From positions 89,528,001 through 89,592,000 of the forward strand of contig OX597816.1 in NCBI GenBank assembly GCA_951406725.2: DNA of 64,000 nt, written 5' to 3'. Shown one piece after another: positions 26,964-41,154 of this stretch. This DNA is from Octopus vulgaris. Its lineage: Eukaryota. The position numbers and the translations under genes were made by a program. The first letter of the stretch is position 1; each line of letters begins with the position of its first letter. Below the pieces are notes generated by a model. It worked only from the letters and a program-made list of their open reading frames with translations. It had not been told where the DNA came from and did not search any database.

Positions 26964-29126
26964 GAAATACCGCCATTGCAAATATGTCTCGTTTTCATCG
27001 CTGCAGCAGATGTGCATGAGACCGTTCACTTTTTTCAAGATTCACTATTTGTTATGGTTCCAAAAACTTCCTGTATGTGACAAGACCATTCCCGAAATAC
27101 ACTTCAGGACATGAAACTATTTGCATTGCTATCGACAGGGACATTTACCAGAGCCAGAAAGTAATCCGCACCATTAAAAATAATAGACTACTTATCGAAC
27201 ATGACCATAAAAACGCCAATGTGATGCAATCACAACATACTTGATAATGTTCTATGGAACAGAGACGGAAGTTATGCAGTGTTGGAGATACCAGCTGCCT
27301 AATGGATGGGAATGGATGTGAACATTTCATCTAAATATGTAGGAAAAGAACCTCTATAGCGATCTAATACGTAGCTGACAGCTCTTATATCATAATTGTC
27401 GGTTCTGATTTGTACTCCTTATTAGAGGTGTAGTGGGATGTATGACAATAAATTTGCATAAAAGCCTGAAATATTAAAGTTACATAACAAGGTACAAAAA
27501 TCTGACTCAGCCTCCAAGATTGATTGATTACTACATAAGTTTAGGTTTGTAAACAAAAACAAATACCAATAATTTTCGAATTGAGTTTCTTACATTAAAC
27601 ATGAACATAAAATCATGTTTGAGTGTATGGGACACACACACACACACATGAGTAATCACATAAACTCGCCTATAAACATACAATAAGACTCATTACATGA
27701 TTACAAGTACATTCACATATATACCTATATAGCTGCATAATTTAGCTAATTTGCATATCCACATGCCCGGAGTTACCTTGATTCAAAACAGATAAGCTGT
27801 ATCACTTAGTGACCAATTTCATTTCTATGAAGGAAAAAGTAGAATAAATCAAAACAAATTTGCAAACATACACACATATGAATAGAAATATGCATATATG
27901 AATATACAGGAATGAAGAGAACACAGTATATACACGTGTAAGGGCATATAAGTGTTGATGTGTGTTTGTGTATGAGTGTATACTCTTCGTTCTACCCGTC
28001 TGTTTCCCTCTGTGTATGTGGGCACGCGTGCGCGCATGTGTATGACTGGAGATAGAAATATATATGTTATACAAACCTTGTTCAGAAAGCAATCTATAAG
28101 ACATCGCCGTCACATTACGTGTATGTTTGTAAATACATACACAGAAACACACAGAAACACACACGCACACACACACACATATATATATATGTATGTATGT
28201 ATGTATATACGTATGTATGTATGTATGTCTATGTGTATGTACGTATATATGTATGTAAATATGCATATATATATATATTTATATATGTGTGTGTGTGTAT
28301 GCGTATATTAATGCATATATATATATTGACATACATAAACGAATATTCATGCATACGTCCCTACACACATACATATATACATACATGCATACATACAAAC
28401 TTACAGTCATACATACATACATGCATACATACATACATACATGCATACATACATACACACATACATACATACATACATACATACATACATACATACATAC
28501 ATACATGCATGCATACATACATACATACATATATTCATGGATACATACGTAGATATGTACTCTAGATGTTCAGGCAGTGTTTTTATAAGTAGCTTTCTGA
28601 AAATCTATTAAGATTTGCAAGAAACCATATTTATCCACACGAATATTATTTTACACTCTTATACTTATTAAGCTTCCTTTTATTTTTTTATCATCGCTTC
28701 TTTTTGATTTCTATTTATACCCACCTTCTTTCTATCTTTCTTTTATACTATTAGCCTTTTTGTTTTTAACCTTCATTTTTCTTTCTTTCTTTTTTTTTTT
28801 TTTACATATTTCTACTTCAAGTAACTTCGCATTCCAACAAGAAAATATTTGTCTCGGCGAAGCATTTGAAAATTTCAACGAGTTACATTTATATTGTGGC
28901 TTTGGTAATAATTTCTCGCTTCTTTTGTCTTTAAAGAAAACAACTTTGTAACACACACCCCCACATCCCCCCACATACACACACACACACATACACACAC
29001 ACTCACTCACTCACTCACTCACGCGCGCACAAACTAATATGGTCTGAGATATTGATATGCCAGCACAGCGCTTGTAGTAGGCCGATCAAGTGGTTACTCA
29101 TCGTTGTTAATCTCATCTCATCTCTT

Positions 29127-29164
<38 letters not shown>

Positions 29165-29300
29165 TTTCTCTCCATCACCAATACCAACAACGATCGGCTT
29201 AGTTAGGTTGTTGGTTTCAGACAGAGAAAAAACAAGAATAATATAAACTAAAATTTAGCATAAGCTAACATAATGGTGATTGAAGAGACACAAAAATGGA

Positions 29301-29366
<66 letters not shown>

Positions 29367-29367
<1 letters not shown>

Positions 29368-29572
29368 TTCAAATTTTGGCACAAGGCTAGCATTTTCGAG
29401 AGAGAGAGAAGAAAGTCGATTTCACCGACCCTAGAGCACGACTGCTACTTATTTTAGCGACCCAAGAAGGATGAACGGCAAAATCAACCGCGGTGAAGTT
29501 TGAAATCAGAACGTGAAGACGGACTAAATGCCGCTAAGCATTTTTTCCGGCGTGCGAACTATTCCACCTGCT
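29367..29572 (-). mobile_element. tRNA-derived SINE with (CTA)n tail
   Basis: Same family core (GGATGAACGGCAAAATCAACC..TTTGAAATCAGAACG), preceded by (TAG)n on the plus strand. Confidence 0.75.
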
Positions 29573-29597
29573 CACTGTCTTAGTAATAATAATAATG

Positions 29598-29683
<86 letters not shown>

Positions 29684-29756
29684 AAGAAGAAGAAGAAGAA
29701 GAAGAAGAAGAAGAAGAAGAAGAAGAAGAAGAAGAAGAAGAAGAAGAAGAAGAAGA

Positions 29757-30078
29757 ATTGACATATCCCAGTGACATCAGGATCAAAGAGAGAGAAGAAA
29801 GTGAACAACTTCAATTTGAAGTGGAAAATATGCAGATTGTAGGCAATGAAGATAGTGGACGTGATACAAATAGTAATTGGCGCTCTTGGAAGTATCATCA
29901 CTCAACTACCAACATGGCTCAAAAAATATTGGCACAAGTGTAAAGGTAGAACGCCTACAAAGATCATTATTGCTTGGAACAGCAAGAGATCTCCGCACAT
30001 TTCCTGAAACATGATCGGTAGACAAGTGTCACTTTTGTCTGCTGGCTGTGGACAAAATAAGCTGAAAGTTTTCATCAA
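29757..30078 (+). mobile_element. Dong/R4-type (restriction-like endonuclease) non-LTR retrotransposon 3' fragment in (TAA)n
   Basis: PSDIRIKERE...DVIQIVIGALGSI...LPTWLKK...LQRSLLLGTARDLRTF is the conserved C-terminus of Dong/R4 elements. It is followed by (AAT)n, the known Dong target. Confidence 0.75.
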
Positions 30079-30125
30079 ATAATAATAGCAATAATAAAAA
30101 ATTAAAAAACAATAATAATAATAAC

Positions 30126-30199
<74 letters not shown>

Positions 30200-30200
<1 letters not shown>

Positions 30201-30414
30201 CCTTTCTACTTGTGACACAAGGTCTCATATTTGTAGGGAGGGGAGTAGTTGGTTGCATCGACTCCAGTGTTTCACTGATACTTAATTTAGCGACTCCGAA
30301 AGGATAAAAGGCAAAGTGGACCTCGGCAGAATTTGAACTCAGAACGTAGCGACAAACGAAGGACAACTAAGCATTTCGCCCGGTGTGCTAACGATTCTGC
30401 AAACTCGCCGCCTT
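30200..30414 (-). mobile_element. tRNA-derived SINE
   Basis: CCGAAAGGATAAAAGGCAAAGTGGACCTCGGCAGAATTTGAACTCAGAACGTAGCG...CTCGCCGCC. Confidence 0.8.
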
Positions 30415-30829
30415 ATGCCACTGATGCAGTACCAGACACTGGCTCACTCGCTTCTGATCTTAACTGATTAGAAGTGTTATCATGTTTTGTCTTAGTATAA
30501 AAGATGGGCTACAACAAATATTCTACTCAATACCGCAGATTTGCTTGCCAGTTACTTGACCTTAAACAGTTGAGCATGTCCCTTGGTGGTTGACGATATG
30601 TGCATCTCTGATCACGAACAGAAGTAGTGGGGGAGCATCATAGCCATGTGTTGAGAGGAATTCTTTGAAGTTTGAATAATTCACTCTGGAAACATGGGTG
30701 TTTCATTCAACATCCATAAACAACTCTTATTCAGGGATCTTTTAGGGGGATGGGTTACTAGAACTGACAAAAAAATTCTAACTGGGTTCCATCTGCAAGG
30801 TCATGCGCTGTTTATCTTGATATGAGATC

Positions 30830-31470
30830 ACCATTTGAATTTGTATGTTGTGTCTTCAATAAGATTGATGCAGGTCCCACAATTAAGGCGACCGCATTTT
30901 TTTACTGTTGCAGTAGGAATTGTGGAAAGCAATTTAGCACTGGTCAGGAATATTTTGAGGGACTTTGATTGTCTTTTACTTTTGATTATTTTGTGTACTT
31001 CGAATACTTGTTTCATTCTTGGGTCTTGTTCTAGTAGTGGGATGTTATGGTGGATAATATTGTAAACCTCTGTGTTTTGGGGGTTGTGTGTTGTAATAAA
31101 GGGTACATTATTGGATGTATCTTGAGCGTTTTATCATTTTTCATTGTTCTTCGATATCTATAGCTTTGGCACGTTCTATTCCATTGTCTATTGGATACTG
31201 TCTTTTAAGTAGTATTTATTTTGGTTCCTTATTGCGAGTTTCAAGGTTTGAGACAAACGTGCAGCTACTTCGTGCTAGATTATTCTTTGTGTGTTTGGGA
31301 TGGCATGAGGAGAATGGTAAGTATCGTTTAGAATTTGCTTGTTCATAGAGAATATCTGTTTCAATGAATTTATCTTTTTTTATGATTAGTGTATCCAGGA
31401 AAGGTAGTTGAGCTTTACTGTATTCCATGGTAAAGTTAATATTATTGTTTATGCTGTTGATTAGATACAT
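30830..31470 (-). mobile_element. Neptune-type Penelope-like element fragment (RT thumb plus Cys linker)
   Basis: NINFTMEYSKAQLPFLDTLIIK...ETDILY...SKRYLPFSSCHPKHTKNN...KKCGRLNCGTCINLIE. 5'-truncated at a (TA)/(CATA) tract. Homologous to 47.9-48.5 kb. Confidence 0.85.
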
Positions 31471-31487
31471 ACACATACACACATATG

Positions 31488-31518
<31 letters not shown>

Positions 31519-31601
31519 ATTTATATATACATATACATAAATACATACATACATACATGCATACATACATACATACATACATACATACATACATACATAC
31601 A

Positions 31602-31633
<32 letters not shown>

Positions 31634-31641
31634 CATATATA

Positions 31642-31745
31642 TCAGGTTGGTGCAAAAGTACTGTCCAATTTCTAGAAAAAGTTTCAGAGCGAATTTATCA
31701 ATTTTTAAACCTCTTCTTTGACCTGGTCCCCACATGCATGTACAA
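31642..31745 (+). mobile_element. mariner TIR fragment
   Basis: TA-TCAGGTTGGTGCAAAAGTA resembles the Hsmar1/cecropia-type TIR start. No partner TIR found. Confidence 0.45.
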
Positions 31746-34149
31746 CTCTACAGTTAAATTCCCAGACGTTACAGACATGTGTGTTTGTGTCTGTGCGTGT
31801 GTATCTATGTATGTATGTATGCATATATGCATGCATGAACATATGTATGTATGTACGTATATGTGTATGTGAATGTATGTATGTCCAGAAGTAAATCTAG
31901 AAAATTTATTGAAGCTTCCTCGTTCAGGAATATATATATTATTCCATTTGGAATGGGAATTATAGTAAAGTTTATTAACATCGTAATTGTAATCCATATG
32001 AATGTGTAACTAAAGACCCTGATATTTTGTAATATTAACTAAAATTTTCATAAAGAGCTGTGGATAGGCAAATGATCTTGGAAAAACTTATATATATTAT
32101 ATTTTATGTTTTCAATTAATTTATAGTATTTACTGCCGAACTTGAAAATAATCAATTAAATCAATGAATCATATTATTAATACTTACACAGTCTCGAAGG
32201 ATGGAACTAAAACTTACAGTGGCTACACTAAAGTTCCAGTTGAAACCTAGTCAAGCTCTCTGCTTATTCTGCCACAACTGTAGCAGATAGTTCTGTTGAA
32301 GACGAAAGTAGAAAACTTGGGGAAATTTTGTCATGTATAGTCAATCGATAAAAGATAAAATTTCGACAAAAGCACCCTATATTGATAGTCAATAAGTATT
32401 GAACAGCAGACACCGGAATTGGAGTTTACAAACCTAAAAGACTATAAACAAAAATGTTAAGACAAATTTCTGTGATCTTCTTAAGAGAAAGGGATACATC
32501 TGCCAAAATGCAGACCCAATTAGACGGATATCCTTTTGAAGAAGATGCAATATGTCATCAGTATCAAAGCAGTAGTGGAATATTTACTTATAATTTGCTA
32601 TAGAATCTTATCATGTAACTCATGAATTTCAGACTGAGTGTATCAATAAATTTATATTTCTTATGATAGAATGAATTATCTATATGCAGATCGCGCCATC
32701 AAGGAATAATCTGTACCGTTGTTCGACCTCAAAACAATAACGAAATCTTTCTGTAGACTCACCCTACAGTTTTAAGCAATTATTTATTTGACAATACAGT
32801 ATTATAGTATTAGATACCCTATATCTGGAAAAGGATGCAATGGCACTTTCACTTTTGGAATGTCTTTCATCATAGATCAGTTCGATCAGGCTAACCTGGG
32901 ATTAAGCTACAACAACAGCATCTAGTCAGAAACAGTTAGATTTATTTCACTGCAGTAAAATAAACTCGTTCAGCCAATTTGCTTTTAGAAGATATATTGA
33001 AAATTGATCTGCCATTGAGCAAGGTACCATGTTCATGAAAAGAATTTTATAGAAGCAGTCACAACATTGTTTCTTAGAGAACAGCAATCCATTCGAATAA
33101 ATTAATTATATAACCAGTTTTGTGAGCGAAATCAAGAACGAAAGCTGAAAGACGGAGTTACGTTTGTACCAGAAATAGAGGACTATATATTTATCAATAC
33201 ATAAATTGCAATTACATTGATTTGTCCTGTTACCTGAAAATAAATTTATAACAGAAGATGAAGCAATGTTTCCAAACGAATTTCTGTCAGTATTAATCTC
33301 GCTGATACACATCTTGACTCTTGAATATTTGATTTTATCAATTTCCTTGAAGAAATAAGCGAATTAAATTTATTGAGTTGTCATAGCATCATCAGAATAT
33401 TTCTAATAAGTTCCTTTTGGAATCAATAGAACATGGATAAAAGTTTTAGTGTTTAAAGTTTAGTATTAATACTCTTTAATAGAGAGAAATGAACAAAATA
33501 TAGTAAAACTAGAACTATTTGATATGAATATGTGTGTGTGCTTAAATATTTGTTTGGCAATAGAGAGAGCCTATTTTTAGTGATGTCATGGAGATTATGA
33601 CCAAAAGCAAAGCTATAGGTAGAAGATGCATGAGAATAAACACGAAATGCAAGTGATACAATTAGAAGTTTTTCCCAACTAAATAGCTAGGCATTGAATC
33701 TATGTCATGTTTACTTTTAGACAAATTTGAAGCCATTTTTATAATTTTCTAAAACAAGAAGAAACACCATGGATTCAAAAACAATTTTAAAGAATTAGAT
33801 GGGAATAATTTAAATACAATATTCAATGATAACCTAATTTTTTCTGACGAAAGACACTTTTATAAGTACAGAATCAATTGTTATATTCAATGTGTGATGG
33901 AAAACCGGAATATATGAAGCATAAATTGCAAGCTATTTCAGAAGATTTTGAAATGGCGTTGTCCTTCTGACTAAGATTACTTCAGGACGTATTAAAATCG
34001 ATAAATAACAGGAAAGAACCTATTCTTACAAAAAGTTACCGAAAGAAAAGTTTGGATATATATATACATAAGCCGTTGAATCAAACACATATATTGGCTA
34101 ATAAAAACTTGTCTACATTTTTTCTTTGCATTTTGAGGAAGGTTTTATG

Positions 34150-35050
34150 TATTTTCTTTTATCTTTTACCATTTACTTGATTCATGAATGCGGCCATGCT
34201 GGGGCACCGCATTGAAGAATTTTTAGTTGAATAAATCGAACTCAATACTTATTCTTAAAGGCTATATATATATCGGCCTCTCTTGTCGAATCGCTAAGTT
34301 TTGGGGGCGTAAACACACCAACATCGGTTGCCAAGCAGTGGTGGGGGACAAACACACATACACACACGCATACACACACATAAACATGTGTGTGTGTGTA
34401 TACGTAAATGATGATCGATGAGAATGAGTACCCAACACCATATTGGTGGATAAAGATTCTTTAATTGTGTTTTAAGGCTAACATTGGTTTCATGATAAGA
34501 AAATATCTCAAAGTACCACGCAGTGGGACTGAAACCGAAACCATGTAGTTGGACACCGAATACAGCATCAACAAAATTGATCATTATTATTTTTATGATG
34601 ATGAAAAATGCAGCGAGCTAGCAGAATGCAAGCCGAGCAAAATGCCTGGCGGCATTTCGTCCGTCTTGCTTTCCACCATGTGGTTTTGAGTTCAGCCCCA
34701 CAGGGCGACACCTTGGAAAAGTGTCTTCTATGGTAGGCTGAGATTCACCAGACGCTTGAGAGTAAATTTGGGAGACGGAAACTGGATGAAGCCCGTCGTG
34801 TATATACATATATGTGTATATGTGTCTGTTCATATTTAGGAGGGTGTGCCTTTGAGTTGTATTTGTTCTCCCACCGCTTGACAACCGGTTTGTTTACGTC
34901 ACCGTCACAAAGTGGTTCGGCAAAATGATAGTTATAGAGTATGTACCACCCTTAAAAATACGTATTGGGGTCCGTACTGGGACCGATTTGTTCGTCTAAA
35001 CCCGTCGACGTAATGCCCGAGTAAATGCAGTCCAATGATATTAACAAGTT
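34150..35050. mobile_element. Cluster of nested SINE fragments on both strands
   Basis: GCGGCCATGCTGGGGCACCGC (minus-strand tail, 34190), head fragment at 34515-34550, and plus-strand heads and (TG) body at 34610-35050. Confidence 0.65.
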
Positions 35051-35269
35051 AAAGAAATATTCTAATATGCTAAATGCTCTTCTGAGGTATTTACCTTCAA
35101 CTATATTTTTGCTATCTATTTTAGTTACTGTTTGTCATGCCGGTGGTTTCTCTGAATTGTTCAATCCTTAAATAGTTGTACACCAACAAATATTTATATT
35201 TAGTAGAAAACCCGTAGAATCTGAAGGAAAAAATCAAGTGACGTTCTGCATCGAAAAAGTATAATAGTA

Positions 35270-35528
35270 AAAGGTAAAAGTGATCTGAACGGAATTAGAA
35301 CGAAGAACAAAGAATCGGAAGAAATATCACAAACTTTTATTTCCAACGTTCTAACGAATCTATCAGCTTGCCGTGGGACAGAGAGAATTAATGAAAGTTA
35401 TACACTATGATCTATCCGAATAAAGATAAGAGTAAGGAGTGAAGCAAAACAATACAACCAGAAACTCCACACTATAATAATGATTTTCATCTATTTGGAG
35501 CCTTGGTAGTACATCCAATTTGTCCGTT
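35270..35528 (+). repeat. Local direct duplication, copy 1 (copy 2 at 37339-37598)
   Basis: About 260 bp near-identical, AAAGGTAAAAGTGAT...CCAATTTGTCC, covering a decayed SINE end and the sequence beyond it. Confidence 0.9.
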
Positions 35529-36343
35529 AGGGTTACGGAAAAAAGTGAAAAACGAAGAAATTGGAGGGGGAGGAGGGACAGGACCAAAAAAATTTCAAAA
35601 TACCGATTTTTGGCAATTTTCCGGAATCTCCGTATCCAAAATACTGTGTCAAACTTGTATAGAAATGATTCTAGGAAGTACTTGATAACCTGTGGCATTA
35701 AATCTGACGTTTCAGAAAAATGGGAACATGCAAATGTTATGTAACTGAAAAATAACTATACATAACTCTATATAACGCTGGTATGTGTCTTGTTGAAATA
35801 TTTCCCCACATTTTGTAAGATGGTAAGGTGTTGTTTGGCTGTTATCTCCAGCAGATCGCTTCCATATTGGGTTGCGAGGTGGAGGATTAACAGACACGGT
35901 AGCGTGATGAACTGCCTTACCTCGTTAGCTTCATCTTCGTATGTTCTGATTCCATATCCTGGGGGACTGGACTGTGCCTTTCATCTTGCTATCATGATCG
36001 ATAAAACAAATTACCAATAATATATTAACATCGATTCAATCAATTATTCCCTCCTCCCCAAAATGCCTCAATATTTGGTTATATGCCAACGGAAGAATCA
36101 ATATTGATTTCTTTTGTTTAAGACAAGACCATTTTTCATAGAGGTGTATAGCAGATTAAAGCAACCCTGGCATTTATTTATATCTATGTTATTGATCTTT
36201 TCCCGCAGGCACAAGACCATATATTTTATGAAAAGCTGTATTAGTTGACTGAATTGATTCCGATATTTGACTAGTAAGAAGGCAGCGAGCGGGCAGAATC
36301 GTTAGCACGTCGGACAAATTGTTTAGCGGTATTTCATCCGTCT

Positions 36344-36533
36344 TTTCGGCTGATATACCCTCCAGGCTTCATCAGGAGTCTTGGAGAAATTTCGAACCTG
36401 GGTTCTCATTCCTAAAGTATTTTTCGATGTTATTATTATTATTATCATTTTTATTATTATTATTCAGGTCACTGCCTGGAATCGAACACGGAATCTTGGG
36501 ATTAGTAGCCCGCGCTCTTAACCACTACGTCAT
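36344..36533 (-). mobile_element. tRNA-headed SINE-like element with hammerhead ribozyme tail (3'-truncated)
   Basis: Minus strand: CGTAGTGGTTAAG-AGCGCGGGCTACTAATCCCAAG-ATTCCGTGTTCGATTCC head, then (AAT)n, then CTGATGA-AGCCTG-gagggtatat-CAGCC-GAAA. Confidence 0.8.
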
Positions 36534-37100
36534 GATTTATCGTACTGTATTATGAGCATGTTTGTGTGATGTTCAAATCTATCATAGCAAATGTTACCAC
36601 AGCTTTTAAATTTAATATCTGTAAAAGCTGAAAACAATTCAAAGGTTTCATCCTTGAATCTATCAGATGTATTTAAAGTTATAATGTGAGTCAGAAATTC
36701 TCGTCTTTGGAACATGTCAGAAGGTTAAAGTCACTTCTCGCCCAGTTGAGTACATTGGAGAGAACAGATGTAACTGGTGTATCATTATTGATGTTTATAA
36801 CAGTTAATTCAGCATCTCAATTAGTTAAATATTACAGCAGATAACAATTAATGTACCAAATATCTCTTTATCATTTGTCATCGTTTACTCTCTCACTCTC
36901 TGTTTCAAAAATGTCCACCTCGAATGAATAGTGTAGCAGCTTCTACCGACTTAGGTAACCGGGAACAATTCTATCTTCTATGTGCGGCTATATATCCGCC
37001 TAATGATCATGAACACTCGAAGAGTACGATTATTTAAATTATACAATCAATATGGTGAAAGGTATCTCAGGTGAAAAGCGATTCTGACTTTCTCAAACTA

Positions 37101-37204
<104 letters not shown>

Positions 37205-37338
37205 ACATATAGAAATAGACAAACAGACAGACAGAATAACAGAGACAAGAAATAATGGATTCTGATTTAGGCACAATGCCAACAATTCTGAGGGAAAGAA
37301 GTAAGTTGATTCCATCAACTCCAGTGCTTGGAAGGATG

Positions 37339-37598
37339 AAAGGTAAAAGTGATATGAACGGAATTAGAACGAAGAACAAAGAATCGGAAGAAATATCACA
37401 AACTTTTATTTCCAACGTTCTAACGAATCTATCAGCTTGCCGTGGGACAGAGAGAATTAATGAAAGTTATACACTATGATCTATCCAAATAAAGATAAGA
37501 GTAAGGAGTGAAGCAAAACAATACAACCAGAGATTCCACACTATAATAATGATTTTCATCTAGTTCGATCCTTGATAGTATATCCAATTTGTCCCGTT
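37339..37598 (+). repeat. Local direct duplication, copy 2
   Basis: Matches 35270-35528 with few substitutions. Confidence 0.9.
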
Positions 37599-39973
37599 TC
37601 CTGCCCTTCTTCGCTATTCATATTTATTGTCTACCTTCACTCTTCCCCCTTTTATTCATAGCGTCTTATCCAACAAGAGAGAAATGAGAAGAGATTGATT
37701 CAAGTCAATTGAAAATATCAGTCTGTAAAGGGAGACGACAATGGGGGAATTAATGTGTAGTACAATTGGATGGTGCAATATTACTATGACCCCCATTGGA
37801 TATTGAACCTAATCAATAGGCCACCAACTAGAATTTCTCCTTATCGCTTCATTGAGTCTATGACCGAAGGTGTATCTCTAAAATGACCCTGGTCCACATG
37901 AATAGGTACTGTATGTTAGGAACAATTCACCTCTGTTGGTAGAGGTAGTGGTGAATCATTCCTACCATACGACTGTTTCCTTAAACTGTAAATTGTAGTT
38001 TTGAGTTCAATCCCTTTTGTTGGAATATGTCGGATTGGGAATGGTTAGAAAAGCTATATCAAGGATGGTTGAGTAGTGTTTCTATGAACCAAAACTGTTG
38101 TGGGACATACTGAAAAGTATTTGAGATAAAGAATATAAAAGAAGGTTTTTGAGAACAAATATGATGTTTCTGCAAACAAGCGTGCTAAAGAACAAAACCA
38201 GTGGAATACTTTCAGCTGATGTTAAATACGTTAAAGAAACATCATGATGATGGAAATAATAATGACGATACAAATTGTGCTAAATGCTTGTCTTCTCAGT
38301 TTATCTTCAGCTCAGAGATTGCTTTCGACTGTAAAATTTACGATCGACTTATATTAGCCAACTACAAGTTGAACAGCCAGTCGATGGCATTTAGCCAGCA
38401 AGTTAAAGCATAAAATAAAATAAAGTAATTTAATAACATAAAGACTAACGAATTTTTTTTAATCTGACACAAAGTGATTTTATTGAACCAAGGAAATCTT
38501 TAGACTTTACCATTAGTTGTTTTGCTTAGGATGAAAATTAATTTACGAATTGTTTACATAATAATGATGTGAAAAAGACAAATATTTAAGGCTAAGCATG
38601 AATTAAGTAAATTGGTATGCTATTTTTCTTTTTCTTTTGTCTTAGTCAAAAGAGGATGATCGGCACCAGAAACTAAGCAGAACCTCTGAGGCTGGGAGGA
38701 AAGAGATGCCACGAACAATTAGTTGCTGTTAAGCGTGACTTTATTCTTATTTAGTAGTCAATGGTCGTAGCTGAACCTTTCAATATCTTGTTTCTGTCGA
38801 GACACTAATTATAAATTGGAGAGAAAGAGGGTATATAAATAAATGCCAGCAGATACAGTAACTTCCCAGGGCGTTATTCATAGGGCAGGGTTGCTACCAT
38901 ATCTCTCGGTGACCCTCTGATGAAAAACCACTTTAACAGAAATTCGCGCTACACATGAGAAAATGCAGAAGGAGAAACCCATCAAAATACCCTGACTCAA
39001 AACTTGATCGACTGCTTGCAACTGAGCAACCTCCATAAAAACCATTTCAGATCCAGTGTTGGTGTTAAACTTGGTTATGACCTATTTCTACCTCCTCAAA
39101 AACAAGGTCTGACCAATGGATTTTATCATGACACCATCACACCTTATTTGAGAAACAAATACAAATTTTCTAAGGTGTTTGACTTCGTGCTCTAACATTT
39201 TCACAACTATCGCTACCAAAATAAGGTACGTTTCTGAAATTAAGAAAAGCCACAGAATTGTTGAGCAGCTCCTCAGCAGTTCACTGAATGAAGCCCAGTA
39301 AATGAAGCCATATTTTAAAGATGTGCTTTTGCAATGTGCATTAAATATAATAAATAACTGTAAACTTTTCAGTGTAAGTTTATCAATTTCACTGCCCTAA
39401 CTATAATAGTAATGAATTTATTTATTCTTTTTTAGATTTCCTCAATGTTAAACATTTATAAAAGATGGGTATAGGCAATTTAATAGACCTGATATGTAAT
39501 TAAAACTAATAACGAAAGATTAAATTAGAACATTGTGAAATATGAACACAGCACTGAGGGATAAAACTTTAAAAAAAAGACATTGCAGGACTTCATGCAA
39601 CCTTCCCTTAATTCTGTTTCTGTTATAAATAATGAGGCTAATGATTTATTTTGTTAAAAAAATAGAAACAATATGACCTTACAATATAATAAATATAATG
39701 AAAATTATAACGTACTCTGGAATGTAACATCCATATAAATATGTACATATGAGTGTACAGTTTTCTTTCTCTTTATGCATATTTATTTATTTTCATCAAT
39801 TCATATAATATCTGTGAATAATCTTGTCATTGGTTGCAGGTTTCCAATATACTAATCACTGGTTTACTTAATTTCTGACAGCGATAGTAACAAGTGGATG
39901 TGTAACACGATGCTGAGCAAATATCTCAAGATATGTAAGAAGTCTACCATCATATTTTGTCATGCATACATAC

Positions 39974-40078
<105 letters not shown>

Positions 40079-40333
40079 AATATACAAAAGAAATATCTAA
40101 AGTAAAGACTTGGCAGCAAAATATACCAGGCTAATATCATAGATATTGATATCTTTTTCAATAGGACTAATTACATTTTTACTTCACCTAGTGCCTTACT
40201 TTACTCTAACGCATGCATACACACGCACACAAATCGAAAGAGAACCTACATAATTTTGAGTAACAATTTTTGCTAAGATTTTTAGTTTTGGTATGAGTAT
40301 TTTAAGAGGTGAAAGCATTCTCTCTTTCTCTCA

Positions 40334-40368
<35 letters not shown>

Positions 40369-41154
40369 TTTCAATTTCTCCTTTACTATTTCGAATAATC
40401 TCAAAAGAAGGCTGTGTAGCAACTTTTAATGCAAAAAAGGTCATAAAAAGACCTTCCGTTACAGATATTGCATTTCATATATCATCGTTTGTGACATAGT
40501 CATCTCATTTGATGTTCAGTAGCTGACATAGTTTTGCTTTATGAAATCTCTCAAGTCGATGTGTGTGGTGTTGATATGATATCAAAGTCTTACGGTTAGA
40601 GCAATATGAAGAGCTCACTAGCCTAACATATCACAACTACCAACACTTTCGTTTAGTGCCTTGAATTACTTTTGTGAAAGACACAGTATGAGGAAACCTA
40701 AAGGATTTGGGGGACAGCTAGCAGACGGTTAATCATGTCATCTTTGAAAGAGTAGGACGAGGACAAGATACTACCAAAATAAGTGAAGAAGAAAACTTTT
40801 CCACTGATATCCCATGAATAGTAATTTGAAGGGTTTTCTTTCAGCTCCATGTGGATATTGAACATTAGTCTCCTCCGTGTTTTGCTGAATGTGAGGCTAA
40901 ATATTTTGCAAGTACATCGTAAATGCTTTGTATATTGGATTCAGTTGAGAATAAAACATTGTCGGTTAGCCTTTTAGCAGCTCTCATATCACGAGTACAC
41001 GTGCTTGGTATGATTTAAGTTCTCCTAAGCTAAAGAGTTCTCAATTGTATCTGTATAGAACGGTACTCTAATTTTGGATTGACAGTCTTTCGCCTACACA
41101 GCAGTCATATAAAATAACAGTGAAGTGGATGTGAGTACACAAAGTTATTTATAT

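Noticed and set aside
36465-36533. tRNA-Ser(ACT)-like gene
   Set aside because: No proper acceptor stem or long variable arm, and it runs into (AAT)n. Treated as a SINE head.
37780-39300. Coding-like complex sequence as a possible host exon or transposase
   Set aside because: Stops in all frames, no recognisable motif, and no clear splice-bounded ORF. A homology search is needed.
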